Shown: positions 27,313 to 39,770, counted from the stretch's first letter. The stretch: DNA of 64,000 bases from Thermoproteaceae archaeon (GCA_020833025.1 JAJHRB010000001.1:6943-70942); one strand, 5' to 3'. Numbers and translations: made by a program. The notes: generated from the letters alone by a model not told the origin.

Positions 27313-28866
27313 TTATCTCGGCTCGATCTTGAAGTCTACGGAAAACTTCTTCCTGAGCTTCTCGAGCTTTGCCGCGCTGCGCGAGAGAACTATATTAAGG
27401 TACTCCTCAGGCACTCTTATAACTACAAGCCCGTCGCGCTCCTCGATCCGTATTTCATGTGGCGGCACGTAGCGCTTCAGTGTAGATATCACCATGGAAC
27501 GAATCTTTCTCGACAGCGCCCCTAGCTCGGCCCTCCCCACTGGCACAATGAACGTCTCCTCGCCGAAAACGTAGATTTCATACTCCACCTCGTCGCTCAG
27601 GAAGTCCTTGACTAGTATTACCGGCCTCGCGAGATCCTCCTCCCTCATGCCGGCGGGCACCTTAACAACCATTGACAGCGCATACACCTTCCTAACCTCT
27701 CCCTCCCTCATGAAGATCACTGTGTCAATTATTGACGGTATCATGCCCAGCTCTACTCTCGTGATGAAGCGCTGGATGGCATCAATGGGCGACGTTGCGT
27801 GGACAACGCCGACCATGCCTATGCCCGCGAGTCTCAAGTCGACATAGAGTTGAAAGTCAGTATCATTTCTCATCTCATCGAATATTGTATAGTCGGGGCG
27901 CGAGAGCAGCAAGATGTCGTGTATCTCCTCAGGGGAGGCTGCGCTCTTGGACAGCTGGGTTATCGCGGGGCTCAGGACCATGTCTCTCGGCGATTCTATT
28001 GTCTTCACTATTTTGCCCTTGCTCAAGTAGAACTCCGCCAGAGCCTGGGCAAACGTCGTCTTGCCCGCGCCCGGCGCGCCTGCAATTAGTATACCCTCGG
28101 CGCTCTTCTCGAGACGCTCTATCACCTTGACATTGAGACCGTAGTCCTCAATCCTCCTCTTGAGTATTGGCCTCGTCGCCGTTATTTCGAGCCTCTCCGA
28201 CACTGGCGGGAACGTCACAACAATTCTATACTCCTTGTGCTGTAATATCAGCGAGTGCGGCCTCCTTATTTCAATCCTCGTCCTGGATTCCGGTCTCGAC
28301 GCCTCGGAGATCAGCTCCCGAGCTATCTCCTCGAGCTGTCTCCGCGTGACCGGCTCTTGGGACAGCTGCACGAGATGCCAGCTGCCTGGCCTGCCGATCT
28401 TCCCCATTGGCGGGAGACCCTCCTTGAGGTGGACTGACATGACGTCTGCGTTAAAGAACTTCTCGATTGTCAGCACGTCGCGCGGCCTCCCTAAGTACAG
28501 CACCTCAATGCCCTGAGCCAGCGCTGCGTCTCTGGCAAGCTCGTCGCTCGTGACGTAAGTGCAGTTGTTCTCTCTTGCGAACTGCCTCGCGCGGGACTCG
28601 ATGTCGGGAAGCTCCGGGCGCCCCCGCGCCTGCACGACCTCAACCCTCACGAAGTCCGAGAGCCCGAGCTTCTCGATCGCGCTGCGCAGCTCTCTCAACT
28701 CCTCCACGGCAATCAGGCCGATGCCGTCGCCCTGCCTAGCGAGCGAGACGAAGTGCTCGACCATCTCGGACAGGAGGAACACCGTGCCCCGTATCACGCC
28801 GCCGACAACTGCATCCTTGAGGCTCCCGTCGAGTATCGCGGAGCTGCCAGCCACATATTTGCTCAC
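27313..28866 (-). CDS. PINA-type PIN-domain/ATPase/KH protein
   Basis: N-terminal PIN-like domain, GAPGAGKTT, DEMR, GVVHA, C-terminal KH-like region; start placed by TATA spacing (track start 28890). Confidence 0.85.
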   Translation of the reverse strand: MSKYVAGSSAILDGSLKDAVVGGVIRGTVFLLSEMVEHFVSLARQGDGIGLIAVEELRELRSAIEKLGLSDFVRVEVVQARGRPELPDIESRARQFARENNCTYVTSDELARDAALAQGIEVLYLGRPRDVLTIEKFFNADVMSVHLKEGLPPMGKIGRPGSWHLVQLSQEPVTRRQLEEIARELISEASRPESRTRIEIRRPHSLILQHKEYRIVVTFPPVSERLEITATRPILKRRIEDYGLNVKVIERLEKSAEGILIAGAPGAGKTTFAQALAEFYLSKGKIVKTIESPRDMVLSPAITQLSKSAASPEEIHDILLLSRPDYTIFDEMRNDTDFQLYVDLRLAGIGMVGVVHATSPIDAIQRFITRVELGMIPSIIDTVIFMREGEVRKVYALSMVVKVPAGMREEDLARPVILVKDFLSDEVEYEIYVFGEETFIVPVGRAELGALSRKIRSMVISTLKRYVPPHEIRIEERDGLVVIRVPEEYLNIVLSRSAAKLEKLRKKFSVDFKIEPR

Positions 28867-28919
28867 CGGCCTCTTACGGCGCGAAGGCATTAAAAATCCT
28901 CAGCACCGCGTGCTCCCCT

Positions 28920-29098
28920 TCAGCTCCCGGCAGCCTGGGGCAGGGCCTCGGCTTGCCCAGCGCGTTAGCACGTACTGACGCGGCCCCGCGCCATTACTGG
29001 CGCGCTCGGGGCTTTGGCTGGTGGCACCCTCACTAGGCGGCGCCCGCCAGTGCCTCCGGCGACAGACTGACCGGGAGGGTTGCCGGCTGCGGTTTTTT
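28920..29098 (+). ncRNA. Candidate structured ncRNA of unknown class, about 180 nt
   Basis: TATA-like TTAAAAAT at 28890-28897, four nested or tandem hairpins with G.U pairs only on +, paired 5'/3' ends, T6 tract at about 29093-29098. Confidence 0.4.
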
Positions 29099-29118
29099 CA
29101 CTATTCCCTCCGCGCCGG

Positions 29119-29925
29119 TTAGACGCCAGCGCACTTCATCAGTTTCGCTACGTGGAGCAGCAGCCTGGAAACCTTAACGGCCGTAATGTCCGAGACGTCA
29201 TTGAGCGGTGAGAATTCCACAATATCAACGGCAATGGGCTTAAGGCTCAGTACTAAATCCGCGACTAGGCTCTCGAGCACCGAGTAGCTAATTCCGCCGG
29301 CCTCGGGCACACCAACTCCAGGGGCCTGTGAGGGGTCAAGAACGTCCACGTCAATGCTTACATAGACTCTACCAGATGCTGTAGATACGGCGTCGGCAAT
29401 GGCGTCGCGGCCGAAATTGCTGCCCTCCACGACAAAAAACCCAGCGCCGTTAGCGTACGTGTACTCCTCGTCGCCATAGGCTCTGACGCCCACGACGATG
29501 GCGTAAAACCCCAGTCTCTCGTGAGCCCTCCGGAGAAACGTCGCGTGCGATAGCTTCTGGCCTGGCGGCCACTCGTCCCGCAGGTCGAAGTGCGCGTCCA
29601 CGTGGACGTAGGTGTCGGGCCTTAGAGCCTCCAGCGCCGCGAGCGTTACTGTATGCTCGCCGCCGAGCATGATAAACGGCGTGCCTACTCCCTCGACGAA
29701 CCGCTTCAGCCTTGCCAGGTTCTCCTCCACCGCGCCGCGCAGCAGGTTAACGTCTCCCATGTCGCACAGCAGCCTCTCGGCGCTTCCGAGCAGCGTTGTC
29801 GGCTCAATGTACGGCATCACAAACCGCACTCTCTGGGGCGCAAATCTCGTGCCAGGCCTGAAGCTGACAGTGTCCTCCATGGGGGCTCCAAAGAGTTTCA
29901 CCTCCTGGTCCCTACATGTGCGCAT
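29119..29925 (-). CDS. speB: Agmatinase (ureohydrolase family)
   Basis: RPGTRFAP, GGEHTVT, DAHFD, HAT, SIDVDVLDP..APG. Confidence 0.9.
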   Translation of the reverse strand: MRTCRDQEVKLFGAPMEDTVSFRPGTRFAPQRVRFVMPYIEPTTLLGSAERLLCDMGDVNLLRGAVEENLARLKRFVEGVGTPFIMLGGEHTVTLAALEALRPDTYVHVDAHFDLRDEWPPGQKLSHATFLRRAHERLGFYAIVVGVRAYGDEEYTYANGAGFFVVEGSNFGRDAIADAVSTASGRVYVSIDVDVLDPSQAPGVGVPEAGGISYSVLESLVADLVLSLKPIAVDIVEFSPLNDVSDITAVKVSRLLLHVAKLMKCAGV

Positions 29926-30817
29926 GTATACATTGTTTCTCTGCACGTTTGCGCGCTTTGCGCTTGGGAATTATCTTTATGTCGACGTGTACTACTAGTG
30001 GGTGGAGTTTCATGACGCTCCTGATAATCCTAGACCTCAGTACGTGCAGCTGGCCCACCGTCATCTCGGGGCTCACCGCGATGAGGGCATACACCACGAG
30101 AAAGCTGCCGGCCCTTCTAATCTTTAGATTAAGCGGCTTGCCGATGCTCAGTAGCTTTTCGCGTATCTTTCCCTCCAGTGCCGGATCTCTGTACAACACG
30201 CCCAGAATCCCGTAAGTGGCATCTCTGCTAAGCCTTGCGAACTCATACAGCACGTAGCAGTACGCTGCAATCACCGCGATCATCTCGGCTGCGAAGAGCT
30301 TGAAGAAGTTGCTCGCGCAGACCGCCGCGGCGAAGCCGGCCGACAGGATGGTGTCGACCTTTGCGTGGAGGGCGTCTGCCTTGAGCACGGTGAGCTTTAG
30401 CGTTTGGTAGTTCCGGCGCTCCCACACATACATAGCATATGTCAGCGCGGCGCCGGCGAGAAAGAGCGGGGCAGCCCACAGCGGCGTTGGCGTGCCCTCC
30501 AGCCTAGTGGACGTGACGAGCATGTAGGTGTAAAAGCCCAGCACTGCAAGCACCGAGAGCAGCGTCACTAAGCTCTCAAGGCGGTAGACTTCCCACGGGA
30601 ATGAGCGGCCCCGCCTCGACGCGTAGTACAGCCCGAAGCCGGAGACATAGGCAATCGCGGCGTCCATGAAGCCGTGAAGCGCATCGCCAATTATGAGCAG
30701 GCTCTCGTACATGACGCCGAGCACCAGCTCAATAAGTGTGTACGCTAGCGAGATGGTGCCCATTATGAAGAGATAGAGAGACGCTATCCACAGTCTGATG
30801 TGCGGTCTCACACTCAA
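29912..30817 (-). CDS. Cation diffusion facilitator transporter
   Basis: DALHGFMD and DALHAKVD metal sites, six TM segments, C-terminal HVD. Confidence 0.85.
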   Translation of the reverse strand: MSVRPHIRLWIASLYLFIMGTISLAYTLIELVLGVMYESLLIIGDALHGFMDAAIAYVSGFGLYYASRRGRSFPWEVYRLESLVTLLSVLAVLGFYTYMLVTSTRLEGTPTPLWAAPLFLAGAALTYAMYVWERRNYQTLKLTVLKADALHAKVDTILSAGFAAAVCASNFFKLFAAEMIAVIAAYCYVLYEFARLSRDATYGILGVLYRDPALEGKIREKLLSIGKPLNLKIRRAGSFLVVYALIAVSPEMTVGQLHVLRSRIIRSVMKLHPLVVHVDIKIIPKRKARKRAEKQCIHAHM

Positions 30818-30948
30818 AGTTTACAATACAATGTTAATAAGCAGGATCCCGCGATGGCAGCCGGCCACTGCCGCGCGGCTCTGGCGCGTGCCTGGCCCCG
30901 CGAGACTACCTTGAAGCACATCTTAAATACGGCGCGACATGCAAACTA

Positions 30949-32706
30949 ATGCGCCGCGCCGAGCTGCTCGATGACATAATAAAGCGCCGCTTGATTTACT
31001 GGCCGTCGTTTGAGATTTACGGCGGGGTTGGCGGTTTTTACGACTACGGCCCTCTCGGAGCTCAGCTCAGGCGTAATATAATTGAGAAGTGGAGGAGCGT
31101 ATTCATTCTGCCATATCAGGATACCATAGTTGAAATTGAAACTCCCATCATAATGCCGGAGCCCGTCTTTAGGGCGTCAGGGCACCTGGATCACTTTACG
31201 GATTACGTTATAACGTGCACTAAGTGCGGCAGAAAGTACCGGGCAGATCACTTAGTGGAGGAGGAGCTTGCAAAGCGCAGACTCAAGGTCTCGGCCGAGG
31301 GCCTCCCGCCTGAATCTCTCCAGCAGCTGGTCGATGAATACAAAATTTCATGCCCGGCGTGCGGGGGCGCGCTAAACGGCGTCGAGACGTTCAACTTGCT
31401 CTTCAGGACAACGGTGGGGCCCTATAGCAACAGCACTGGCTACTTGAGACCAGAAACGGCTCAGGGAATTTTCGTGGCCTTCCCGCGAGTAGTGGAGTAC
31501 ATGAGGCGCAGGCTTCCGTTCGGGGTTGCCCAGATCGGGAGAGTCGCCAGGAACGAAATCTCGCCGAGAGGGGGTCTTATCAGGCTTCGGGAGTTCACGC
31601 AGATGGAAATAGAGCTCTTTTTCGACCCGCTGAGCCCCAAGTGCCCGTACTTCGCTGAGGTGGAGAATATCGAGGTGCCCGTGGTCCCCGAGGAGCTCGT
31701 CGCTAAGGGCCAGAGCGAGCCGCTGCTTCTAACTGCGCGCGAGATAGTAGAGAGGAATTACGCCAGCGAGTGGATGGCGTTCTTCATGGCGCTCTCGGTG
31801 AAGTTCCTCAGAGGGCTCGGCGTGCCGCTCGAGAGGCAGAAGTTCGTAGGCAAGCTTCCGCACGAGAGGGCCCACTACTCCTCCAAGTCTTACGATCAGG
31901 TAGTGCTGACGGAGCGCTTCGGCTGGATAGAGGTGTCCGGGCACGCGTACCGCGCTGATTATGACCTGTCGCGGCACAGCAAGTACAGCGGCTACGAGAT
32001 ATATCTAGAGAGGAGGCTCCCAGAGCCCAGAGAGGTTGAGGTCGCCAGAGTGTATCCCAATCCGGCCGCGATAAGGGAAAGGTATGGCGAGAGAATCGGC
32101 GAGGTTATAAAGGCAATTAAGGAGGGCGGGGATGTTATCGCCAGCGCGTTCAGGAGTGAGGCGGACAGGGTTAGCCTCGGCCCCTACGTGATAACCAGAG
32201 ACATGGTGTTCATAAAGGTTGAGAGAAAGAGAGTGGAGTTCGAGAAGTTCGTGCCTCACGTGGTCGAGCCGTCTTTCGGTCTCGACAGAGTCCTTTACGT
32301 AACGCTGGAATTAGCCGTGGCGGAGGAGGGGGGCAGAGTTTACCTCAAGCTCCCGCCGGATATAGCACCCGTTAATGCATGCATTCTGCCCATTGTGAGA
32401 CGCGCCGAGTATGTCGAAATAGGCAGCAGGTTAATGAGGGAGCTCGCGCGGGAGGGCTTTATAGTACTTTACGACGACGAGGGGACAATAGGCAGCAGGT
32501 ATGCAAGCTGCGACGAAATAGGGACGCCTGCAGCAATAACAATCGACGAGCGGACGCTTGTAGACGGCACAGTTACGGTCAGGGACCGCGACACAAGGAG
32601 GCAAGTGAGAGTGCGCATCAGCGACGTGGCCAAGTTCGTTGAGCTCGTAAGGCGGGGAGTTGGATTTGACAGCGCGGCAAAAGCGCTCGGCGCCGCGCCA
32701 GCATAG
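30949..32706 (+). CDS. glyS: Glycine--tRNA ligase
   Basis: YDYGPLG, LRPETAQG, RNEISPR..RLREFTQME, HVVEPSFG. Confidence 0.95.
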   Translation: MRRAELLDDIIKRRLIYWPSFEIYGGVGGFYDYGPLGAQLRRNIIEKWRSVFILPYQDTIVEIETPIIMPEPVFRASGHLDHFTDYVITCTKCGRKYRADHLVEEELAKRRLKVSAEGLPPESLQQLVDEYKISCPACGGALNGVETFNLLFRTTVGPYSNSTGYLRPETAQGIFVAFPRVVEYMRRRLPFGVAQIGRVARNEISPRGGLIRLREFTQMEIELFFDPLSPKCPYFAEVENIEVPVVPEELVAKGQSEPLLLTAREIVERNYASEWMAFFMALSVKFLRGLGVPLERQKFVGKLPHERAHYSSKSYDQVVLTERFGWIEVSGHAYRADYDLSRHSKYSGYEIYLERRLPEPREVEVARVYPNPAAIRERYGERIGEVIKAIKEGGDVIASAFRSEADRVSLGPYVITRDMVFIKVERKRVEFEKFVPHVVEPSFGLDRVLYVTLELAVAEEGGRVYLKLPPDIAPVNACILPIVRRAEYVEIGSRLMRELAREGFIVLYDDEGTIGSRYASCDEIGTPAAITIDERTLVDGTVTVRDRDTRRQVRVRISDVAKFVELVRRGVGFDSAAKALGAAPA

Positions 32707-32803
32707 TGGCGGTCTCGCGCGCCGGCGGGCGGCCCGGGCAGCAGGGGCGCACTCCCAAGACTCCCGCAGTTCGGTTTTTAAGAGCGGGCGTTCAGGAATT
32801 TCA

Positions 32804-33154
32804 ATGAGCGGAGCGGAGGTAGAGAGGGGGAGGAGACTGCTAGTGCCGTCATTCCTAACTCCGCAGCAAGAGCGAAAAGAGCCGAGGCGCGGCGAGCGGA
32901 GAGTGAGAGCCAGGGGAATCGAGGGAATTGACAGAGGGTTTGTGAGGATATCTGCCGAGCTCCACGAGGCTCTCGAGAGGCCCGCCGAAATTGAGATTGT
33001 CGTGCCAGGAGGCTCGACGCATACTAGGCGCGAGGCGTTCAAAGTAGTGGTAGATAGCAAGGTGCCGAGCAGCGAGATTCATATGAGCCGAGACGACATG
33101 CGAGCGCTAGGAGTTGCCGACAATACCGTCGTGACCGTCAGGAGGAAGCTATGA
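32804..33154 (+). CDS. Hypothetical protein with a probable double-psi-barrel-like C-terminus, coupled to endA
   Basis: ATG about 22 nt after TTTTAAG; ATGA overlap with endA. Confidence 0.65.
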   Translation: MSGAEVERGRRLLVPSFLTPQQERKEPRRGERRVRARGIEGIDRGFVRISAELHEALERPAEIEIVVPGGSTHTRREAFKVVVDSKVPSSEIHMSRDDMRALGVADNTVVTVRRKL

Positions 33155-33702
33155 TCGGCGTGCTGAGGGGTCTGGCCGTAATTGTTGATAATGTAGAGTA
33201 CGCTAGGAAGTTATACAAAGAGGGCTTTTACGGTAGATTTCTGGGCTACGATAAGATAAAGCTAGAGGATATAGATAAAATAAATACGCCGCTCATACTG
33301 TCTCTCTTCGAGGCGGTGTACTTAGCAGAAGGGGAAAGGCTAAAGGTTTTATCCGAAGACGGCATGGAAATACCACCAGAGAAGCTTATGCAAATAGGAA
33401 GGGAGAGAATTAAGGACTTCGAGGAGAAGTACAAAGTGTACAAGCACTTTCGCGACTTGGGCTATATTGTGAAAAGCGGCCTCAAATTCGGCGCGATGTT
33501 CTCCGTCTACGAGCGGGGGCCGGGTATTGATCATGCGCCTCTAGTCGTTGTATTCCTAGAGCCAGACAGGGGGATTTCCGCAATAGACATAACGCGAGGG
33601 GGTAGATTGAGTCACAGCGTGAGAAAGACGTTCACGCTGGCAACAGTTCTGAAACAAACAGGGGAAATAGTTCTGCTCGGCTTTACGTGGGCCAAGCTCT
33701 GA
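33151..33702 (+). CDS. endA: tRNA splicing endonuclease, catalytic subunit
   Basis: KSGLKFG, catalytic Y/H/K pattern, crenarchaeal loop [14 protein letters not shown]. Confidence 0.92.
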   Translation: MIGVLRGLAVIVDNVEYARKLYKEGFYGRFLGYDKIKLEDIDKINTPLILSLFEAVYLAEGERLKVLSEDGMEIPPEKLMQIGRERIKDFEEKYKVYKHFRDLGYIVKSGLKFGAMFSVYERGPGIDHAPLVVVFLEPDRGISAIDITRGGRLSHSVRKTFTLATVLKQTGEIVLLGFTWAKL

Positions 33703-33842
33703 CCCCCTAGGGGCGCTTGGGCAATGCGTACATAATGCAGCGCGCCATCGCTCTGCACCCCCTCATGGAGTGGCCGCGAGCTCCTGCACAGAAGGGCGGG
33801 GCTTAAATATAGTGCCCTGAAGGGCAGGACCGTCGCGATGCG

Positions 33843-34238
33843 CTAATCGATCTTTACCTCTGCCGTCTCGCTGTATTCGCCGGCCTTTGCCACTGTAACT
33901 TGCAAAACGCCGTCCCTGTACACAGCCTTCGCGCTGTCTATTCTCAGTCTGAAGGGGAGCTCTACCCTTCTCGACACCGCGAAATTCGAGATTCTCTCCT
34001 GTCTGAGCGGCTTTGCCTGAGAGTCACGCTGGGGCGGCGATGCGGCAATCTCCACGGCTCGCTCGTAAACCCTCACCTTAATGCTCTCCTTTTTAAAGCC
34101 TGGCATGTCAATGTATATAGTCACGCCGTCTCCCGTGTCGTAAATATCGACATCAGGCATCCTCTCCGCCGTGCCGGCTTGCAGGCTGTAAAGCGCCTTC
34201 ATTCCCTCCTCGAGTCTCTTCAGCACGTCCATGCGCAC
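33843..34238 (-). CDS. Small heat-shock protein Hsp20
   Basis: DIYD, DMPG..KE, A.Y.DGVL. Confidence 0.9.
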   Translation of the reverse strand: MRMDVLKRLEEGMKALYSLQAGTAERMPDVDIYDTGDGVTIYIDMPGFKKESIKVRVYERAVEIAASPPQRDSQAKPLRQERISNFAVSRRVELPFRLRIDSAKAVYRDGVLQVTVAKAGEYSETAEVKID

Positions 34239-34315
34239 ATGCAGTGGCTGTGCTTATAATACCAAGGCACGGCTTCAGCAAAGGGCTAAAAACGCTCCAC
34301 GCCCCGGTGTTGCTG

Positions 34316-34540
34316 CTAGGAGTATTTTGGCTCGACGGTGCCTATAATCTTGCCGTGGGCGTTTATGGGAAACGAGCGGCCGCACTTAAGACAGCTTATC
34401 GTGAAGCCCATGCTATACCAGCTCTCGCCTATTTCGGTCTCAAATTTGTATTTACAGTGCGGGCACGTCACGAGCACTTTGAGCGTCCTCTCGAGCGTGC
34501 CCCCCGAGTATTCCCAATCCTCTGGAAATCCCTCGGCCAT
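34316..34540 (-). CDS. Small Zn-ribbon protein
   Basis: CPHC and CLKC; TATA-positioned ATG. Confidence 0.75.
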   Translation of the reverse strand: MAEGFPEDWEYSGGTLERTLKVLVTCPHCKYKFETEIGESWYSMGFTISCLKCGRSFPINAHGKIIGTVEPKYS

Positions 34541-34621
34541 GAGAGGTGGCGCCGGAGTCTCATATAAATATGTACCCGCGGGATTTGGGTAAATTTATAT
34601 GCCGCGCCGGCCCTTGATAGC

Positions 34622-34963
34622 ATGCCTACAATCAGGGGAGTTGTGGTATCTAAGCAGCTAGTTTACGACCCCACAGGGACTAGGTATATCAAAATCGACA
34701 TTATGGAGGAGAGAGAGATCCCGGGCCCCATTGCCACATTCCCGGCCCACGACGAGCGCGCAACGCACTTGGCGCGTGAGGTTGTGCCGATACTCACGCA
34801 GATTATCAAATCGTTGCCATTCGGCGGCGGCAAGATTCCAGTGCCTAGGCTGACTGCGTGGCTCACCGACGAGGAGGCCGAGGTGCTTGGCGACATCGAT
34901 GTGGGAGACACGGTCGTCATAAGCATTGAGGGCGGCGAGGTGAGAGTAAGGCGAGAGGGCTAG
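34622..34963 (+). CDS. rkd-1: Arcadin-1
   Basis: First gene of the Arcade cluster, directly before crenactin; size fits. Confidence 0.8.
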   Translation: MPTIRGVVVSKQLVYDPTGTRYIKIDIMEEREIPGPIATFPAHDERATHLAREVVPILTQIIKSLPFGGGKIPVPRLTAWLTDEEAEVLGDIDVGDTVVISIEGGEVRVRREG

Positions 34964-34999
34964 CCAGTGTGCCTGCCGGCGTGTACTAAAGTTATTTAG

Positions 35000-36954
<1,955 letters not shown>

Positions 36955-37200
36955 GAGCTGCGCGCCCAGCGCGCAAGGACCTTCTACCGGACCTCCTGCA
37001 GCAGCATATTAATGGACGTCAAAATATATACTCTGCGACAAGCCCCGTGCTTGTGAATACAATAATCGAGGAGCTCAGGAAGGTCTTCGGAAGCGGCGAC
37101 GAGGGAAGGCTTGCAGAGCGGCTGATCTTGGCATACAAGGACGGCGGCACGCGCGCTGTGAGGCTCGTGCTTCACGAATATCTCAAGACACTCGGCGTCA

Positions 37201-39579
37201 ATGTGGAGAGTAGAGAGAATTGAGATTGAGAACTTCAGGTCCTACAGAGGGAGGCATGTAATCCTGTCTGGCGATGTGAACATACTCTGGGGGCGCGTTG
37301 GCGCGGGCAAGACGAGCGTGCTCTACGCAATCGAGTACGCGCTCTTCGGCAGACAGCTCGAAGTGAAAGAGAGAGTTGCAAGGCTTGTGGACTTGATACA
37401 CAGCGGCGCCGATGAGATGAGAATTGCGCTCACGCTGCGCAGCGGCAGCAGCACGCTCTGCATAGAGAGGCAGCTCGCGCGCGGCGGCGAGAAATTAATC
37501 GTGAGGCACGGCGGCGAGGAGCTGAGGGGGGGCGAGGCCGAGAGCAGGCTGCTGGAACTCATCGGCGCCGATGAAGACGTATACGAGAGGCTCGTCTACA
37601 TATCTCACAGGACTCTGGAGGATTTCATTTACGGCACTGCGCGCAAGCGGTCCACCTCTGTCGACAGACTTTTCGGTATAGACATAGTGGACGGTGTTGT
37701 CAGGGTTATAGCCGCGTTCGAGCGGGCCCTGATAGAGCGCGCTGAAAATCTCAGGAGGCGGCTGTCGGCCTACGAGAAGTACAAGGAGGTAATAAGGAAG
37801 TATGGCGGCTACGCCGGTGCGGTCTCCAGGCTTAGCGAGCTTGATAAGGAGATCGCGGCCCTAAGGGAGAGGGAGCGCGAGCTCACAGTGATGCTGGACG
37901 AGCTGGCGCAGAGGCGGTCTGCGCACCTGTCAAGGCTCAAGGAGAGCGAGAGCATTCTCGTTGAGTACTACAAGGCGAAGTCAGAGCTAGAGGCCCTCGA
38001 GGCGGTCACTGGAGGCGAGGACGCGACTGCATCGACGTTTGAGAAAATCAGAGAGGCCATTAAGGAGGCTGTCGAAGAGTACGAGCACGCGCTCGGCCGC
38101 GAGCTCCTGGACAAGCTCACCAAGTCTCAGGATCTCGAGGCCCTATCGGCTGCGATGATGGAGGCGCACGACGCGCTCGCCAGACTGCTGAGAGACATGG
38201 AGGCACAGGTGTTGGAACTTCGAAAATTCCACGAGCAGTACGCAGCGAAGGCGAGGAGGCTCGAGAGCGAGATTGCGGACATGGAGGCAAGGCTGAGAAG
38301 GCTGGAGAGGGGCCACCAGCGGTTTAGGGAGCTGCAGAAGCAGTACGGACAGCTCGAGTCGGCAAAGGCTGCTCTGTTGGAGTGCAAGAGGAGATTCGAG
38401 GAGCTAGAGAGAGGCCTTGCGCTCTTCTCGGCGCTAAGGACGATCGCTCATTACATCACAGAGACAGGGCTGGAGAGGTGCCCGGTGTGCGGCTCGGCGC
38501 TTAGCAAAGACGCCATTGAGGCGCTCGCCAAGAGCGTAGACGAAAAATTCGGAGGCATGATACGCGAGGCGGAGAGATACAAGGAGAGGGCGAGGGAGCT
38601 AGAGAGGGCTATCGAGGAGATGGAAGCGCTAAATGCCGAAGTTCTGGAATACCTATCTGTGCGGTCGAGACTTGAGGAGCTGAGAGCGGAGAGAGACGAA
38701 ACAGTCAGGAGGGCAGTGCAGGCCGAGAAGGCGCTGCGAGAGCTTGAGAGAAAGGGAGAGAGGCTGAAGATGCTCCTCTCCAGAATTGACAAGCGGGCGC
38801 TCCTCGACGCGGTCGCGAGATACAGCAGGGCGGCTAGAATTAGAGAGCTGCGCAGGAGGCTTAGAGAGCTTGAGGACGCGTTGAGGCGCGCCGGTCTAAC
38901 GGGCGAGGCAATTGAAATCGACATGAGGTGGAGAGAGGCCATTGAGAGCCTAGAGAGAGTGACAAGCCGTCTGGCAGAGCTCTACAGAGAGAGAGCCCTT
39001 CTGGAGGATGTGACAAAAAGTGTTGGCGGAGAGGCGGAGGAGCTGAGGAAAGAGCTCGATGCGGCGCTCTACGCGTACAGCAAGCTGGAGGATATAAAGT
39101 CCAAGCTCATGCTTGTTAAGCTCCGCGCGCGGGAGAGACTCCTCGAGGCTGCGAAAAGCAAGCTGAATGAGGTGTTCCTGTCGCTCTATAGATACGGCGA
39201 CATAGTCAAGGTCGGCGCCGACCTCGAGGGCAGGAGGGGGTATTATGACTTTCACGCAATAGCGCCAAACGGCGAGCGGTACGGAATCGCGAAGCTTAGC
39301 GACGGGCAGAGGCTCTCCATCGCGCTCGCACTAGCGCTGGCGCTTAGATTTATTTCGAATGTGCAGCTGGGCTTTTTAATATTTGACGACCCAATACCGT
39401 ACATTGATGTCAATATACGCAAGGCATTTATTGAGCTAGTGAGGGGCCTTGCAGAGCAATATCAAGTATTCGTGGCAACGCAGTCTGAAGAGCTGGCGCG
39501 AGCACTGAGGGCCATCATGCCGCGCTCGAAATTATTCGCAGTGGTAAAGAACGGCAGCTCAGAAGTGAGAGAGGAATAA
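37201..39579 (+). CDS. rkd-4: Arcadin-4, SMC/Rad50-like ATPase
   Basis: GRVGAGKT Walker A, long coiled coil with CPVC hook, LSDGQ signature, FDDP. Confidence 0.85.
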   Translation: MWRVERIEIENFRSYRGRHVILSGDVNILWGRVGAGKTSVLYAIEYALFGRQLEVKERVARLVDLIHSGADEMRIALTLRSGSSTLCIERQLARGGEKLIVRHGGEELRGGEAESRLLELIGADEDVYERLVYISHRTLEDFIYGTARKRSTSVDRLFGIDIVDGVVRVIAAFERALIERAENLRRRLSAYEKYKEVIRKYGGYAGAVSRLSELDKEIAALRERERELTVMLDELAQRRSAHLSRLKESESILVEYYKAKSELEALEAVTGGEDATASTFEKIREAIKEAVEEYEHALGRELLDKLTKSQDLEALSAAMMEAHDALARLLRDMEAQVLELRKFHEQYAAKARRLESEIADMEARLRRLERGHQRFRELQKQYGQLESAKAALLECKRRFEELERGLALFSALRTIAHYITETGLERCPVCGSALSKDAIEALAKSVDEKFGGMIREAERYKERARELERAIEEMEALNAEVLEYLSVRSRLEELRAERDETVRRAVQAEKALRELERKGERLKMLLSRIDKRALLDAVARYSRAARIRELRRRLRELEDALRRAGLTGEAIEIDMRWREAIESLERVTSRLAELYRERALLEDVTKSVGGEAEELRKELDAALYAYSKLEDIKSKLMLVKLRARERLLEAAKSKLNEVFLSLYRYGDIVKVGADLEGRRGYYDFHAIAPNGERYGIAKLSDGQRLSIALALALALRFISNVQLGFLIFDDPIPYIDVNIRKAFIELVRGLAEQYQVFVATQSEELARALRAIMPRSKLFAVVKNGSSEVREE

Positions 39580-39770
39580 CCCGCGTCTCAGTCCCTGACC
39601 CCCTCCTCATGCCACTCAGACTGGTAAGTTCTCGTCACTAGCGCTGCCGGAGGGTGCCCGCATAAGTTTAAAACTAATGCAGGGGCACGACGGGGGCGAG
39701 GCCAGGCTGAGCGGAAAGCACTCAGTCCTACAACTAAGAAGTATATATACCTCGCGCGTGTCTTTCTCAC

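Noticed and set aside
28900-29100. RNase P RNA or SRP RNA assignment for the structured region
   Set aside because: I could not find the P4 pseudoknot pair or the CAGG-GNRA-AGCA helix-8 motif on either strand.
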